Shown here piece by piece: positions 10,959 through 20,992 of a stretch of DNA of 64,000 nt. This stretch comes from Flagellimonas algarum (lineage in GTDB: Bacteria > Bacteroidota > Bacteroidia > Flavobacteriales > Flavobacteriaceae), in assembly GCF_040513375.1 (NCBI RefSeq), contig NZ_JBEVTG010000001.1, positions 952,244 through 1,016,243 on the forward strand. The letters run 5' to 3'. The position numbers were made by a program, and so were the translations under genes. Position 1 is the stretch's first letter; each line of letters starts with the position of its first letter. Under the pieces are notes generated by a model. It was not told where the DNA came from, did no database searches, and was given only the letters and a program-made list of their open reading frames with translations.

Positions 10959-12166
10959 AGGCGCACCAACTTTTCTGAAATCCGACCGCTTGCGATTTTG
11001 GCCGAAATGAGCCCGAGTACCGCGATCGTTCCCAACACGATTAAGACGTTGACCAGCTTGAATTCTACCGGATAGGCTAATGAAGGGGTGATCATCAACC
11101 ATTCGAAAGCCAGTTGTGAACCCACCAGTGCCGCTCCAATGGCGACTCCGATCAAGCCGCCGGTAAGGGTCACCAAGATCCCTTGAATGAAGTAGATCCG
11201 ACGCAAATCTTTGACGGTGGAACCCAAGGCGAAAAGGGTTTTCGAATTCTGCTGCTTATCAAGGATCATCATGATAATGGCCCCGACCACATTGAAGAGG
11301 GCGATGATCAATACGAGGGTAAAAATAAGATAGGTGGCCAGGTTTTCGGTGTTGAGCATGCGATACAGCGTGCTGTTCAGCTCTTGTCGGGTCAGAACGA
11401 TGACCTTGTTCCCCAAAATCTCCGAAACGCTTGCCCGCAGTCTTTCCAAATCGGCGGTAGGGGCTACCTTGAAATTGATGCCTGAAACCAGGGTGCTGTC
11501 TTTTTCGAGAAAGCTCTGTACCAAAGGGAGGTCTGCAAACACGTATTGCTTGTCCAAATTCTCTTCGATGGCATAGACCCCACTTACGACGACCGGTAAT
11601 TCGTTGTAAAACGACTTGGATCGCAAGGCATCGGCGGTCAAGGACCCTTTGCCCGGCTTGAGCGTGATCACACTCAAGGGGTTGTTGTAATTGTCAATGG
11701 TCAAGGACAGCAAATTCGCGATACCGATACCGACCACGGCCTGTTGTTCGCTGACTCCCCAATTGCCGTAGTACAAAATACTATCGACCCCGGTGACCTG
11801 GCGATAGGCACTGTCGATGCCCTTGATATAGGCGATGTGGCTTTTGCCCCGGTGGCTGAGGTATACCCGTTCTTCGATCTCTTTTGAAAATCCGATAAGG
11901 CCTGTAATCGAAGCCAATCGGGATTGCTCCTCTTCTGAAAGGGTGTAGAATTTGCCGGTAGTGGCAATGGCTTTGATGTCGGGGTCAAAGGTATTGGTGA
12001 ATTGGAGGCTAAAGGTCTTTAACCCCGCAAAAGCGGAAAGCACGACGAAAAGGGCTGCCGAACCGATGACGATAACGAGAAAGGTGATGAAATTGATGAT
12101 GTTGACCGCATTCTGGCCGCTTTTCGAACGCAGGTAGCGTTTGGCGATGTAGAGCGGAAAGTTCAA
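10955..12166 (-). CDS. FtsX-family ABC transporter permease (LolC/E-like, single FtsX domain)
   Basis: 403 aa with an N-terminal TM, a periplasmic domain, and three C-terminal TMs in an FtsX arrangement. Confidence 0.7.
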   Translation of the reverse strand: MNFPLYIAKRYLRSKSGQNAVNIINFITFLVIVIGSAALFVVLSAFAGLKTFSLQFTNTFDPDIKAIATTGKFYTLSEEEQSRLASITGLIGFSKEIEERVYLSHRGKSHIAYIKGIDSAYRQVTGVDSILYYGNWGVSEQQAVVGIGIANLLSLTIDNYNNPLSVITLKPGKGSLTADALRSKSFYNELPVVVSGVYAIEENLDKQYVFADLPLVQSFLEKDSTLVSGINFKVAPTADLERLRASVSEILGNKVIVLTRQELNSTLYRMLNTENLATYLIFTLVLIIALFNVVGAIIMMILDKQQNSKTLFALGSTVKDLRRIYFIQGILVTLTGGLIGVAIGAALVGSQLAFEWLMITPSLAYPVEFKLVNVLIVLGTIAVLGLISAKIASGRISEKLVRL

Positions 12167-12168
12167 GA

Positions 12169-12564
12169 TCAGGATTTCTTGCGTTTGTCCAACAGGTCGC
12201 GGTTTTCAATAGGGTTTTCTTCCCCTTTCAAGGATTTATCGATGTTTTCGATATAGTCGAGGGAGTCGTCCAAATAAAAGGCCAATGCCGGCACGCGGCG
12301 CAATTGGTTTTTGGTGCGTTGGGCCAGTTCATGCTTGATCAGGGGCTCGTTCGATTGGATGCCTTCGATGAGTTCGCCCGCCTTGTCTGACGGAAAAATG
12401 CTCAGGTACACCTTGGCCAACGAGAGGTCAGAGGTGATATAGACCTTGGAGACCGAGATCAGGGTGCCTTTCATTCCCCCGTCGGTAGCTGCCCGTTGCA
12501 GCACCTCGGCCATGTCTTTCTGTATGATGCCGGCTATTTTTCGTTGCCGTTGTGTTTCTTCCAT
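12169..12564 (-). CDS. rbfA: Ribosome-binding factor A
   Basis: 131 aa. The RbfA fold signature region VSKVYITSDLSLAKVYLS places a KH-like helix after the basic N-terminus. Confidence 0.8.
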   Translation of the reverse strand: MEETQRQRKIAGIIQKDMAEVLQRAATDGGMKGTLISVSKVYITSDLSLAKVYLSIFPSDKAGELIEGIQSNEPLIKHELAQRTKNQLRRVPALAFYLDDSLDYIENIDKSLKGEENPIENRDLLDKRKKS

Positions 12565-12602
12565 TGGGGCAAAAATAGTGCATTAATACTATCTTCGTAA
12601 GC

Positions 12603-13010
12603 ATGATGGATAAGATAGAGCATATCGGAATCGCGGTAAAAGACCTAGAGGCCTCGAATACCCTATTCGCCAAATTGTTCGGCCAGCCCCATTACAAGAT
12701 CGAGGCAGTGCCCTCGGAAGGGGTGCGCACCTCTTTTTTCAAATCGGGCCCGAACAAGATCGAATTGCTCGAAGCAACGGACCCCGATAGTGCGATCGCC
12801 AAGTTCATCGCCAAAAAAGGGGAGGGGATCCACCATATCGCTTTTGCGGTCGAGAATTTGGAAGAAGAACTGCAACGTCTTGAAAAGGAGGGACTTATCG
12901 TCTTGCCGGGCTTTCCGAAACCCGGCGCTGACAACAAAGAGGTCGCCTTTTTGCACCCCAAGGGCACGAACGGGGTGTTAGTCGAGCTTTGCCAAGAGCG
13001 CAAGGCGTAA
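12603..13010 (+). CDS. mce: Methylmalonyl-CoA epimerase (VOC/glyoxalase family)
   Basis: IEHIGIAVKDLEASNTLF...GIHHIAFAVENLEEELQRLEKEG. Two-module VOC fold, 135 aa. Confidence 0.8.
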   Translation: MMDKIEHIGIAVKDLEASNTLFAKLFGQPHYKIEAVPSEGVRTSFFKSGPNKIELLEATDPDSAIAKFIAKKGEGIHHIAFAVENLEEELQRLEKEGLIVLPGFPKPGADNKEVAFLHPKGTNGVLVELCQERKA

Positions 13011-13060
13011 AGGATGTTGGAACATCGAAAAATAAAAGCTAATTTTGCGGTCCAATTAGC

Positions 13061-13134
13061 GGTCCTATAGCTCAGTTGGTTAGAGTAGCTGACTCATAAT
13101 CAGTTGGTCCCTGGTTCGAGCCCAGGTGGGACCA
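13061..13134 (+). tRNA. tRNA-Met (anticodon CAU; could also be the lysidine-modified tRNA-Ile2)
   Basis: Cloverleaf read by hand. Acceptor stem GGTCCTA/TGGGACC, D-arm GCTCAGTTGGTTAGAGT, anticodon stem GCTGA/TCAGT with loop CTCATAA, T-arm CCTGGTTCGAGCCCAGG. CCA is not encoded. Confidence 0.8.
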
Positions 13135-13146
13135 CATCAAGCAGAA

Positions 13147-13175
13147 GCCCAGTGTTTTAGACACTGGGCTTTTTG
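13147..13175 (+). terminator. Rho-independent terminator after the tRNA
   Basis: Stem GCCCAGTGT / ACACTGGGC, loop TTTAG, followed by TTTTTG. Confidence 0.6.
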
Positions 13176-13302
13176 TGTTGCGAAAAGTCTGGGCAAACCC
13201 AAGGCTTTGAAGCAAAACATAAGGTTGTGCTTTGCGTTCGCAAAGTGCCAGCTTCTATTTGCGGTAGGGGGACTTCTCTGGTCCAAGAGCGGAGCGATCT
13301 AA

Positions 13303-13358
13303 CCCAGGTGGGACCACATCAAGCAGAAGCCCAGTGTCTAAAACACTGGGCTTTTTGT
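13303..13358 (+). repeat. 56-bp direct repeat of the tRNA 3' end plus terminator (first copy at 13121..13176). The hairpin loop is inverted in this second copy.
   Basis: cccaggtgggaccacatcaagcagaagcccagtgtNNNNNacactgggctttttgt occurs twice. The loop is TTTAG in copy 1 and CTAAA in copy 2; the two are exact reverse complements. Confidence 0.8.
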
Positions 13359-13448
13359 TTTTCTGGATTTGCCTACCCCAGCTAGGGATTTGGAAAAAAC
13401 GACTCCTATGGACATGGATGGGCCTTCGTTGTTTATTTTTTGACCGAA

Positions 13449-16400
13449 TCACTGAACCAATAGTCGCCCGCTATTCGAATTTCCGGAGAATTCAGGGGCA
13501 TACATACTTTGTATGGTGGCCAATCCAATTGCGAAATCACCGCGATTGTTGACCCTTAAATTGTATTCAAGGACATGGGACCCTTTTGGCAGATAATCAA
13601 AGAAAAAATGTGTCGCGACATCACGTGTTGATTGATAATACCTGAGTCTGCCTTGCCTTTTATGTCCTGAAAGGACGTCAATCGGTTCCAATCCAGAGGC
13701 GCGGAGGTCTTTTAAGTGCACGAATTCAATCGACTCGTTTGAACGGATTTCCAGTCGTACTTTGATCATATCACCCGGATTGAGTTCCATGTTTTTATGG
13801 ATTGGAACGAATCGAGTTCCTTGTGTTGAGACCTCTTCGAGAAAAAGTTGCTTATGAACGGTTAGGGGTCCTTTAGGTGAGGCTGAAAGGTTATCCAGCG
13901 TTTCAAAATACTGCCAATAAAAACCTCCTAAACCGGCAACCTTGCTTTTATTCTGAATTTCGACGACAGCCATTTCGGAATTTATTTCCTTCTTATTCCA
14001 TACCAATTTCAAATAACCTGTACCTGCTTCTTTTTGGGCATGCTCCGATGTCTTGCTTTGAACCTTTTGACCACCAATAGAAATAGTAGTATTATCCGAA
14101 ATCGACAACCAATCGCTTCCTTGCAACAAAAGGGCATAAATGGCTTCCGCGGTTGATTTGGTCGTTTCCCATTGATGCGTCTTTTTGTTTTTCAATAGCC
14201 ATAGTTTCATGGCATTGATGTTCTTGACCCCAGCACCTAATTCCGCAGCGGCTTCAATGATCAAGGCCTGGGTTTCGATCGGTGCACGTGACCAACGCCA
14301 TCCGGCCTTGTTTTCCTTCCAATACATTCCATTTTCTTTGCTATCCACCGCTTGTTCCACAATAGCGGACATGATTTTTTTTGAATGCCCACCATATCCG
14401 TGACGATTTAATATCAGTGCGATCATCGCTTTGTTGAACAAGGAAGTTTGATTCCAATCTTTTTTGAACACCTCCAGATAGGTTGATTGGATCGATTCCA
14501 ATTCTTCACTTATGGGATGGCTTTCCAAAAAGAAACTTCTTGCATAGAAATAGTGGATTTCATCGGACCTCAAACGTATGGAATGAATGTTCTTCTCTAG
14601 GCGTACATTGTGGTCTTTAATAAACCCGTTGTCCAAAAAGACCAAAGCGTTATTTAATAGGGACTGGATTTCATAGCTCTTTGCATCGACCACCTTAAGA
14701 TGCTGTAAGTGTCCGAAGCCCGCGACGATGTGTCTAGTAATAAATGTGTTTGCGGCGCCACCCGAAAACCAAGGAAAGCCCCCAGACTCCAATTGAAGTT
14801 CTTCAAGTTTGTTGATGGCCAAAGCGCGCTTCTCGAGAAGTGCGTTATTCTCAAAAAGGGCCCCTAGCTTGGCAAGATTTTCACTTTCATTTACGGCCTC
14901 CATGGCCCAAGGGCTTTCTTCTACCAAGATGCTTTTCAATTCTTGGTTTTTTTGCAATGGTGACTTTGACCCGTCCATCTTTTTCCAAGCCTCAAAAACT
15001 TCAGCAATTTTCGATTCATGTTCAATAATGTACTGGGTTATCGCATTCGCATAGAATTTAGAAAAAGTTTGTTCAGCACATTCGTATGGGAATTCAATGA
15101 GATAGGGCAATGATTTTATGGCCGACCAGGCCGGGTTTGAAGTATATTCTAAGATCAGCCGGTGGTTTTCCTTTGATGTAGGCCCCGTTCTTCCCAGTTG
15201 TTCGAATTCCACTTTTTTGATACTGTTCGGCAAAGCGAGGATAGGGGTCGATTGGGTGATCAGAACCTTATCGGATAGTACAGGCAGAATCGTGCTTTCA
15301 CCGTCACTTATCTTGCCGGCTGTTGCTACTACTTTGAATTCAATCGCATCAACATCCCGGGGAATACTTAATTTCCATGAGACATTGGTATCCCCGTTTG
15401 ATGGAATAACAAAGGGTTGGCTAGTATTTTTTTCGATGATCATCGCGTTCAACGGCATTCCGGTATTGGCATTAAAAAGCTGTAAGTTGATCGAACCCAC
15501 CTGCGATACGGAGGATAGATTTATAATTTTGGACGAAAACACCAAAGTGTCCCTTACCCGTAAGAATCGGGGGTAATTTGGTATGACATTAAGCTCTTTT
15601 TGGGTAATTGCCGTTCTTTCGAATTTTCCCAATTCAACCGCCTTGGTATGGGCCAACATCATGAAGCGCCATTTCGTCAAAGCTTGGGGCGAATCGAATT
15701 CCACACTAACGAAACCGTCTGAATCGGTCTCGAGGTTGGGATGAAAAAAAGCCGTTTCCTTGAGATTGGTTCTAGGTTCTATTTTTAAAGCTCGTTCAGC
15801 TCCTTTCTTGGTGGTGATCAGCACAACGCCATTCTTGCCCAAAGAGCCATATAGTTCGGTTGCAGCCGATCCCTTAATAACAGAGATATCTTCAATATCT
15901 TCCGTTTCAAGCAAGATTTCTTCGGCATTTCCCTCTTCGAATACGAAAGGAACACCATCCACAATGAACAATGCCCGATCGTTTGCATTTATACTGTTCA
16001 ATCCACGGATAACAACGCGCTTCGCCGTTCCGGAAGCTCCAGCTGCTTGGGTTATCGCTACCCCCGCCGCTTTACCCGAAAGCCCTCTTTCAATGGAATG
16101 GGAAATCCCATTCGCAGTAGTGTAATCCACGCTATATCCTAATGGGTAGGCGTCCCTTTTGATACCTTGTGCGGTAACCACTACTTCTTCGAGAGCAGAT
16201 GCATCTTCCGTCATAAGAACGTTGATCGTTTTTGATTTGGACACTAAAACCGATACATCTTTTTGACCGATGTAAGTAAAAATGAGCACCGAATTTTTTT
16301 TGGCATCTATGGTATAAAACCCATCGAAATCCGTTTGGGTACCGATCGATGTTCCATCGATATAAATATTCACCCCCGGCAGAGGCAAACCATCGCTATC

Positions 16401-19400
16401 CGTAACGATGCCTACGATCTTTCCCTTGGTGTCCACATAAGTCTTTTTCTCTTGCAGTATGGTTTTGAGATAAGCTTTTTGTCGGAATTCCGTATTGCTA
16501 AAATTCAACCCAAACCAATTTAATCGATAATGATTCTTTAGAAAATGGGAAACGTTGCCTTTGCGGGAATCCCAAAATTTATGGGTACGGGCCAACGAAA
16601 AGAAATAATGTTCGTTGATCCTAGGCACGAAAGAGCGTTTGTAATTCAAATATCCAACGCGATAGTCCCATTGGTGTTCCTTGAAAGCATCCAAAGAGGC
16701 ATCGTACATAGTAGCGAGCACTTCAGCTCGAGCCGGTTCTGCATCAGGACCGGAAATCTTAAATCTCCAAGTCTCTTTGTTTCCAGGGTCCAAACGATTT
16801 CGAAACGTTTGGGTCTCAAAAGTCAAACGCTGTGGGACATCGGGAAGCGCGACCGAAAAATCTTCGGCAAACACGGTGTTGTATTTAACGAAATGGATTT
16901 GGAAAAAGATTTTATCATTGAAATCAGCTGCGATAGGGATTTTTACATAGGATCCTTTCTTTCCAACCTGTACCAAGGTGTCAAGAATGACCTGACCATC
17001 GTATATGGCCTTTAAAAAGCTCTGGACACTATCGGCTTTTGAACTGAACAACAACTGGACGAAACCATCGGCTTTAAAGGCGCTGTTGATTATTTTGTAT
17101 TCGAAGATGTCTTGTGTGGAACGATGGGGTGCCAAGGGGTCGAATAGGTCGAAAATACGTTCGATCATCACGGTGTCCTTATGGCCATCATGGGCTTTAG
17201 CAACCATGGAATAGGATCCTGTTTTCCAATTATTTAAGACGGGTAATGGAACGCTTCCATTGCCTTCGATTTTCAATTTTGTACGGTAAACGACCTTGCC
17301 TTTTGTCCAGTTTTCTTTTAGATCGAGACTGTCATATGGTTCATTGGGGAACAGCTTGCGATACTGGTTTTTTTCCAGTATTTGGGCCGCGGGAATTCCC
17401 CACGGCTTTTTCCTAAAAACAAATCCCGGCTCTTGAAGTTCAAAAATCGAGACTTCGATTTCCGAGGCAATGGGCTCCCCGTTCAAGTTTTTCGAACTGA
17501 ACGAAATGGTCTGGGGTTCATCTTTTGCTATGGAAGAAGCTAGCCCCGTGCTGACCTCAAGGTTATGATAGCCTAAGCGAAGCGTGGTTTCGCCGGTTCT
17601 GGTTTCGCCATTCACATCAATTACATCAGCTTTGACGTTAAACTTGAAGACTGGTTGTTGAGTGGCCGAATAGGTTGAATCCGGCACTGCTAAAAACGAA
17701 ATCTCAAAACCCCCGTTCTTGTCCGTCTTTATGACCTTGTAATCGATCGGTTGGGTTTCTTGATCATATGACTGCGTTCCTAGAAAGGACTCTATCTTCC
17801 TTGTTATCGAATATTTGACTTCGCCGTTTTTTACCGGCGCTCCGAAGAACGCGATAGCACTTCCTTTTAGCTTTATCGAATCTCCCAAAACGTTGCTCTG
17901 GTTTCGCTTTTTGAAAGAAACTTCGAATCGAGGGCGCTTGTATTCTTCGACCATGAATTCAATTTCCGCCATTTCGAAATCATCAATTTTTTCCCAATAC
18001 GGGTCTTCGTCCTCGTCATCAGTACCATAGTCTTCATCCAATTCTATGGTGAATTCCCCAGTCGGCACATTCAATGGAATGTCATAATGGCCTTGGACTG
18101 ATCCATATTCGTTGGTTTTCAATCGGAATTCCTTTAAATCTTGGTAATTCGAATCGTAGATGAATACTGTCACCCATGTGTCAGGAACGGCACGGATCCG
18201 AGTTCCTATTTTCTCTGAAAGCAGCCCTTTGAAATATAAGGTTTGGCCTGGGCGATAGATGCTACGATCCAGAAAAAGAGAGAGTTTTGCCCAATGTTCT
18301 TCTTTTTTGTTTTCAATTACTTCAATCCGGTTTTGATATAGGCGATAATCACGTATGCGTATCGTGTCGGGCCCGCGGCTAGCCACTACATCAATGTATT
18401 TGGTTTCCTCCTTTGATCTGCTGACGGAATAACTTCCATAGGTGTCCGTCTCCCCGTTCTCAACTTTATCGAGATCATCAATTGAGATTTTGGCATTGAC
18501 TACCGGATGCCCGTGCTTTCGGTCGAGGACTTGGATTTTCAATTTATCCTCATTGTTGAATGACAGCATGGCCAATTCGGTGACCTGGATTTTTTGATAA
18601 CCGAAAATTTGTTCAGGCCGAATAGGATTTTCAACACCTGAGGCAACAAGGTGGTAATGACCAATGGGTAAAGGGTCAAAATCGATTTCCGTACTGGTTT
18701 GGAAAAAATCTTCACGGGGCGGCAGGCTATAAGACCGAGTAGCAATAGGCTTATCATTACGTAAACTTGCCAATAGGATACTGTCCCTTTCGCTCTTGTT
18801 TATCGACTCGTCAAAATCCTTTTGTATACGAATGACATTGATGAACAAGGAGTCAAGATTGCGATAATCGATCCTGGCCAAGAAAGGCTGATTTGGAATT
18901 TGATAATTCTCGGTTTCGATATCAACTTGCGGATTCTCGATTTTGTTTTTCAAGACCTTGGCCAAAAAGCCTCCGTCTGATGTCGGGTGCGCATCGCAAA
19001 TAGCCTCGCATAGGCGATGGGCTTCGATTCTATTTTTTGCAATGGAAGGATTCTTGGCCGGGTCTTTGTATTGACTTAATGAATAAAGTCGTTCGGCCAT
19101 CGCATAACCAATAGCGGCCGATGCAGGATGACTTTTGAATTCGCTGTATAAGTTCTCGAGCGTTACAAAATAACGTTGCTCCGCATCTTGCAAGGGGGAA
19201 TGCTGTCGAGAAAAACGAAGGCGTTCGAATAAAACCTCGATATAAGCCGTGCTATCGGAGTTTAAATGGAAGGCTTCGAGGCCTTGGTAAATTTTAAGTA
19301 CGGGGCGATACGAAAAAACACTGTCTGCAGTGGTAAATGGCGCGTTGACAAAATCCGTGGTTTTTGCAAAGATTTTGGCATCCGTAAGCAAGAACCGTTC

Positions 19401-20033
19401 CTTAGGCCTTTTGGAAACTTGAAACTTTTTTTTGTGGAAATTCAAGGCCCTGTGCGCAAGAAAATCGTATAAAGTCGGACGGAATTTTTTAGAGAACTTG
19501 CCTTCTGAAAGAATGGATGAAAATCGATTAATAGGAATTTGCTGAAGCTTATCTGCCTCTAAAATGGATAGGTGATACTGTTCACCGGTGTATGCGACCA
19601 AGGTGGCTAGGTCCCATTTTTCGAAATCCCACGAGTTGACCTCCCCGGAAAAAGTTGCTCGCCTCCAAAGCGAATATCGATTTTGGTCGAGATATTGTTC
19701 GAATAACCCCGCATAGAGGGATCGTAGTATGGCGTTCGTTGGAAAGGGTGATTTTTCGATTTGCGCCAATAGTTCTTTTAAAACCTGAATTCGGGCATCT
19801 TCTTCTAACAACAAAGCAAATTTCGATTTGTAAATAAAGGCTTTGACCACCTGATCGCTTTGGTTGTCGCGAATGCTTTTTTTTGCAATTTTGTCCACTA
19901 CGGCAGAAGCACTTTTGTATTTGCCTTCAATTTCGTGTCGTTCTGTTTTCTGCCAAAGCCTCTTATACGTGTTTTGACTTTTGACGAATTGGAATCCCAA
20001 AAGGAGAAAAAGGAGGAGAAGCACTTTTTTCAT
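13449..20033 (-). CDS. Alpha-2-macroglobulin-family protein, 2194 aa, with thioester motif and an embedded CarbopepD_reg/plug-like segment
   Basis: Signal peptide MKKVLLLLFLLLGFQFVKSQ. Thioester-region motif EFPYECAEQTFSKFY (compare ECAM PYGCLEQT). Multiple MG-like beta domains. Internal KIVGIVTDSDGLPLPGVNIYIDGTSIGTQTDFDGFYTI and VVTAQGIKRD...RGLNSINANDRALFIVDGVPF, which resemble a TonB plug. Confidence 0.8.
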   Translation of the reverse strand: MKKVLLLLFLLLGFQFVKSQNTYKRLWQKTERHEIEGKYKSASAVVDKIAKKSIRDNQSDQVVKAFIYKSKFALLLEEDARIQVLKELLAQIEKSPFPTNAILRSLYAGLFEQYLDQNRYSLWRRATFSGEVNSWDFEKWDLATLVAYTGEQYHLSILEADKLQQIPINRFSSILSEGKFSKKFRPTLYDFLAHRALNFHKKKFQVSKRPKERFLLTDAKIFAKTTDFVNAPFTTADSVFSYRPVLKIYQGLEAFHLNSDSTAYIEVLFERLRFSRQHSPLQDAEQRYFVTLENLYSEFKSHPASAAIGYAMAERLYSLSQYKDPAKNPSIAKNRIEAHRLCEAICDAHPTSDGGFLAKVLKNKIENPQVDIETENYQIPNQPFLARIDYRNLDSLFINVIRIQKDFDESINKSERDSILLASLRNDKPIATRSYSLPPREDFFQTSTEIDFDPLPIGHYHLVASGVENPIRPEQIFGYQKIQVTELAMLSFNNEDKLKIQVLDRKHGHPVVNAKISIDDLDKVENGETDTYGSYSVSRSKEETKYIDVVASRGPDTIRIRDYRLYQNRIEVIENKKEEHWAKLSLFLDRSIYRPGQTLYFKGLLSEKIGTRIRAVPDTWVTVFIYDSNYQDLKEFRLKTNEYGSVQGHYDIPLNVPTGEFTIELDEDYGTDDEDEDPYWEKIDDFEMAEIEFMVEEYKRPRFEVSFKKRNQSNVLGDSIKLKGSAIAFFGAPVKNGEVKYSITRKIESFLGTQSYDQETQPIDYKVIKTDKNGGFEISFLAVPDSTYSATQQPVFKFNVKADVIDVNGETRTGETTLRLGYHNLEVSTGLASSIAKDEPQTISFSSKNLNGEPIASEIEVSIFELQEPGFVFRKKPWGIPAAQILEKNQYRKLFPNEPYDSLDLKENWTKGKVVYRTKLKIEGNGSVPLPVLNNWKTGSYSMVAKAHDGHKDTVMIERIFDLFDPLAPHRSTQDIFEYKIINSAFKADGFVQLLFSSKADSVQSFLKAIYDGQVILDTLVQVGKKGSYVKIPIAADFNDKIFFQIHFVKYNTVFAEDFSVALPDVPQRLTFETQTFRNRLDPGNKETWRFKISGPDAEPARAEVLATMYDASLDAFKEHQWDYRVGYLNYKRSFVPRINEHYFFSLARTHKFWDSRKGNVSHFLKNHYRLNWFGLNFSNTEFRQKAYLKTILQEKKTYVDTKGKIVGIVTDSDGLPLPGVNIYIDGTSIGTQTDFDGFYTIDAKKNSVLIFTYIGQKDVSVLVSKSKTINVLMTEDASALEEVVVTAQGIKRDAYPLGYSVDYTTANGISHSIERGLSGKAAGVAITQAAGASGTAKRVVIRGLNSINANDRALFIVDGVPFVFEEGNAEEILLETEDIEDISVIKGSAATELYGSLGKNGVVLITTKKGAERALKIEPRTNLKETAFFHPNLETDSDGFVSVEFDSPQALTKWRFMMLAHTKAVELGKFERTAITQKELNVIPNYPRFLRVRDTLVFSSKIINLSSVSQVGSINLQLFNANTGMPLNAMIIEKNTSQPFVIPSNGDTNVSWKLSIPRDVDAIEFKVVATAGKISDGESTILPVLSDKVLITQSTPILALPNSIKKVEFEQLGRTGPTSKENHRLILEYTSNPAWSAIKSLPYLIEFPYECAEQTFSKFYANAITQYIIEHESKIAEVFEAWKKMDGSKSPLQKNQELKSILVEESPWAMEAVNESENLAKLGALFENNALLEKRALAINKLEELQLESGGFPWFSGGAANTFITRHIVAGFGHLQHLKVVDAKSYEIQSLLNNALVFLDNGFIKDHNVRLEKNIHSIRLRSDEIHYFYARSFFLESHPISEELESIQSTYLEVFKKDWNQTSLFNKAMIALILNRHGYGGHSKKIMSAIVEQAVDSKENGMYWKENKAGWRWSRAPIETQALIIEAAAELGAGVKNINAMKLWLLKNKKTHQWETTKSTAEAIYALLLQGSDWLSISDNTTISIGGQKVQSKTSEHAQKEAGTGYLKLVWNKKEINSEMAVVEIQNKSKVAGLGGFYWQYFETLDNLSASPKGPLTVHKQLFLEEVSTQGTRFVPIHKNMELNPGDMIKVRLEIRSNESIEFVHLKDLRASGLEPIDVLSGHKRQGRLRYYQSTRDVATHFFFDYLPKGSHVLEYNLRVNNRGDFAIGLATIQSMYAPEFSGNSNSGRLLVQ

Positions 20034-20216
20034 GGCGGTCGGTTTTTACCTAAGTACTGAAGTTACGCACTCCTTTTCAAACACCAATGAGCCAATGGCC
20101 TGCTCTGTTGAGGGAAGCATGGGTTTAGGTGGGCCACCTCCATTTGCGTTCAAAAACCGGAAATCGGGTGTAGGATCTTTGGGCAATCGTATCAAGTCGT
20201 TCCCCAAGTGAAACCC

Positions 20217-20224
20217 TATATTTG
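20217..20224 (+). promoter_or_regulatory. -7 box TATATTTG, overlapped by a near-palindrome TGTGTATCAATAACACA (20223..20239) that is a candidate NrtR operator
   Basis: The TAnnTTTG consensus lies ~20 nt upstream of the ATG at 20246. The imperfect inverted repeat TGTGTAT-CAA-TAACACA overlaps the box. Confidence 0.35.
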
Positions 20225-20245
20225 TGTATCAATAACACATATTGC

Positions 20246-20917
20246 ATGGATGCGATTAAACTAACGGTAGACGCAGTGGTGTTCGGATATGACTCCGGAA
20301 AAATATCGGTGCTTTTAGTGAAAAGAAAATATGAGCCGTTTAAAAATGAATGGGCCATTCCAGGAGGTTTTGTATTGGAAAATGAAAACTTGGAGCAAGC
20401 TGTTGAAAGGGAACTGGCCGAAGAGACAGGGGTCAAAATAAACTACCTTGAACAATTATATACCTTCGGAGGGCTTGGGAGGGATCCTAGGGGAAGGGTC
20501 GTTTCCATCGCTTATTTTGGGTTGGTAAAGCCCAATGCATTTAGGTTGACCCCTTCTACGGATGCCAAGGAAGCCGAATGGTTCAATATCGATACGCTTC
20601 CCAAATTGGCATTTGACCATAAGCATATCTTGAAGACTGCCATTGAAAGACTTCGTGGAAAAATCACCTATGAACCGATTGGGTTTGAATTACTCGATAA
20701 GAAGTTTCCTTTCTCCGATTTGGAAAAACTGTATACCACGCTTTTGAACCGGGAAATCGACCGAAGGAATTTCAAAAAGAAAATCAATAGCTTGAAAGTC
20801 TTGGACGAGTTGGATGAAAAGGTTTCCACTGGGCGAGGAAGACCTGCAAGCCTTTTTAGCTTCAATAAAAAGCGCTATTTCCAGTTAAAAAAAGAGGGTA
20901 TTATCTTCGAAATCTGA
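20246..20917 (+). CDS. nrtR: NrtR-family regulator (N-terminal Nudix ADP-ribose-binding domain plus C-terminal winged helix). The track start at 20222 is a TTG; the likely start is the ATG at 20246.
   Basis: Nudix box GGFVLENENLEQAVERELAEETGV. C-terminal FPFSDLEKLYTTLLNREIDRRNFKKKINSLKVL matches the NrtR wHTH signature (..LyE.iL...lD.rNFrrK..). Confidence 0.7.
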   Translation: MDAIKLTVDAVVFGYDSGKISVLLVKRKYEPFKNEWAIPGGFVLENENLEQAVERELAEETGVKINYLEQLYTFGGLGRDPRGRVVSIAYFGLVKPNAFRLTPSTDAKEAEWFNIDTLPKLAFDHKHILKTAIERLRGKITYEPIGFELLDKKFPFSDLEKLYTTLLNREIDRRNFKKKINSLKVLDELDEKVSTGRGRPASLFSFNKKRYFQLKKEGIIFEI

Positions 20918-20992
20918 TGCTGGCTTATTCCACATAAAAATAATTTGCGTAAAAAAAACACAAAATATCTTGTGAGGTTCAAAAACACAATT

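Noticed and set aside
10151-11102. Antisense ORFs (179 aa, 262 aa) overlapping dusB
   Set aside because: dusB motifs are unambiguous on the plus strand. The minus-strand frames have no motif support.
13061-13358. tRNA-flanked direct repeat considered as an intact integrated prophage or ICE
   Set aside because: Only 126 bp lie between the repeat copies, and no integrase, excisionase or phage genes are present anywhere in the window. At most it is a scar or remnant.
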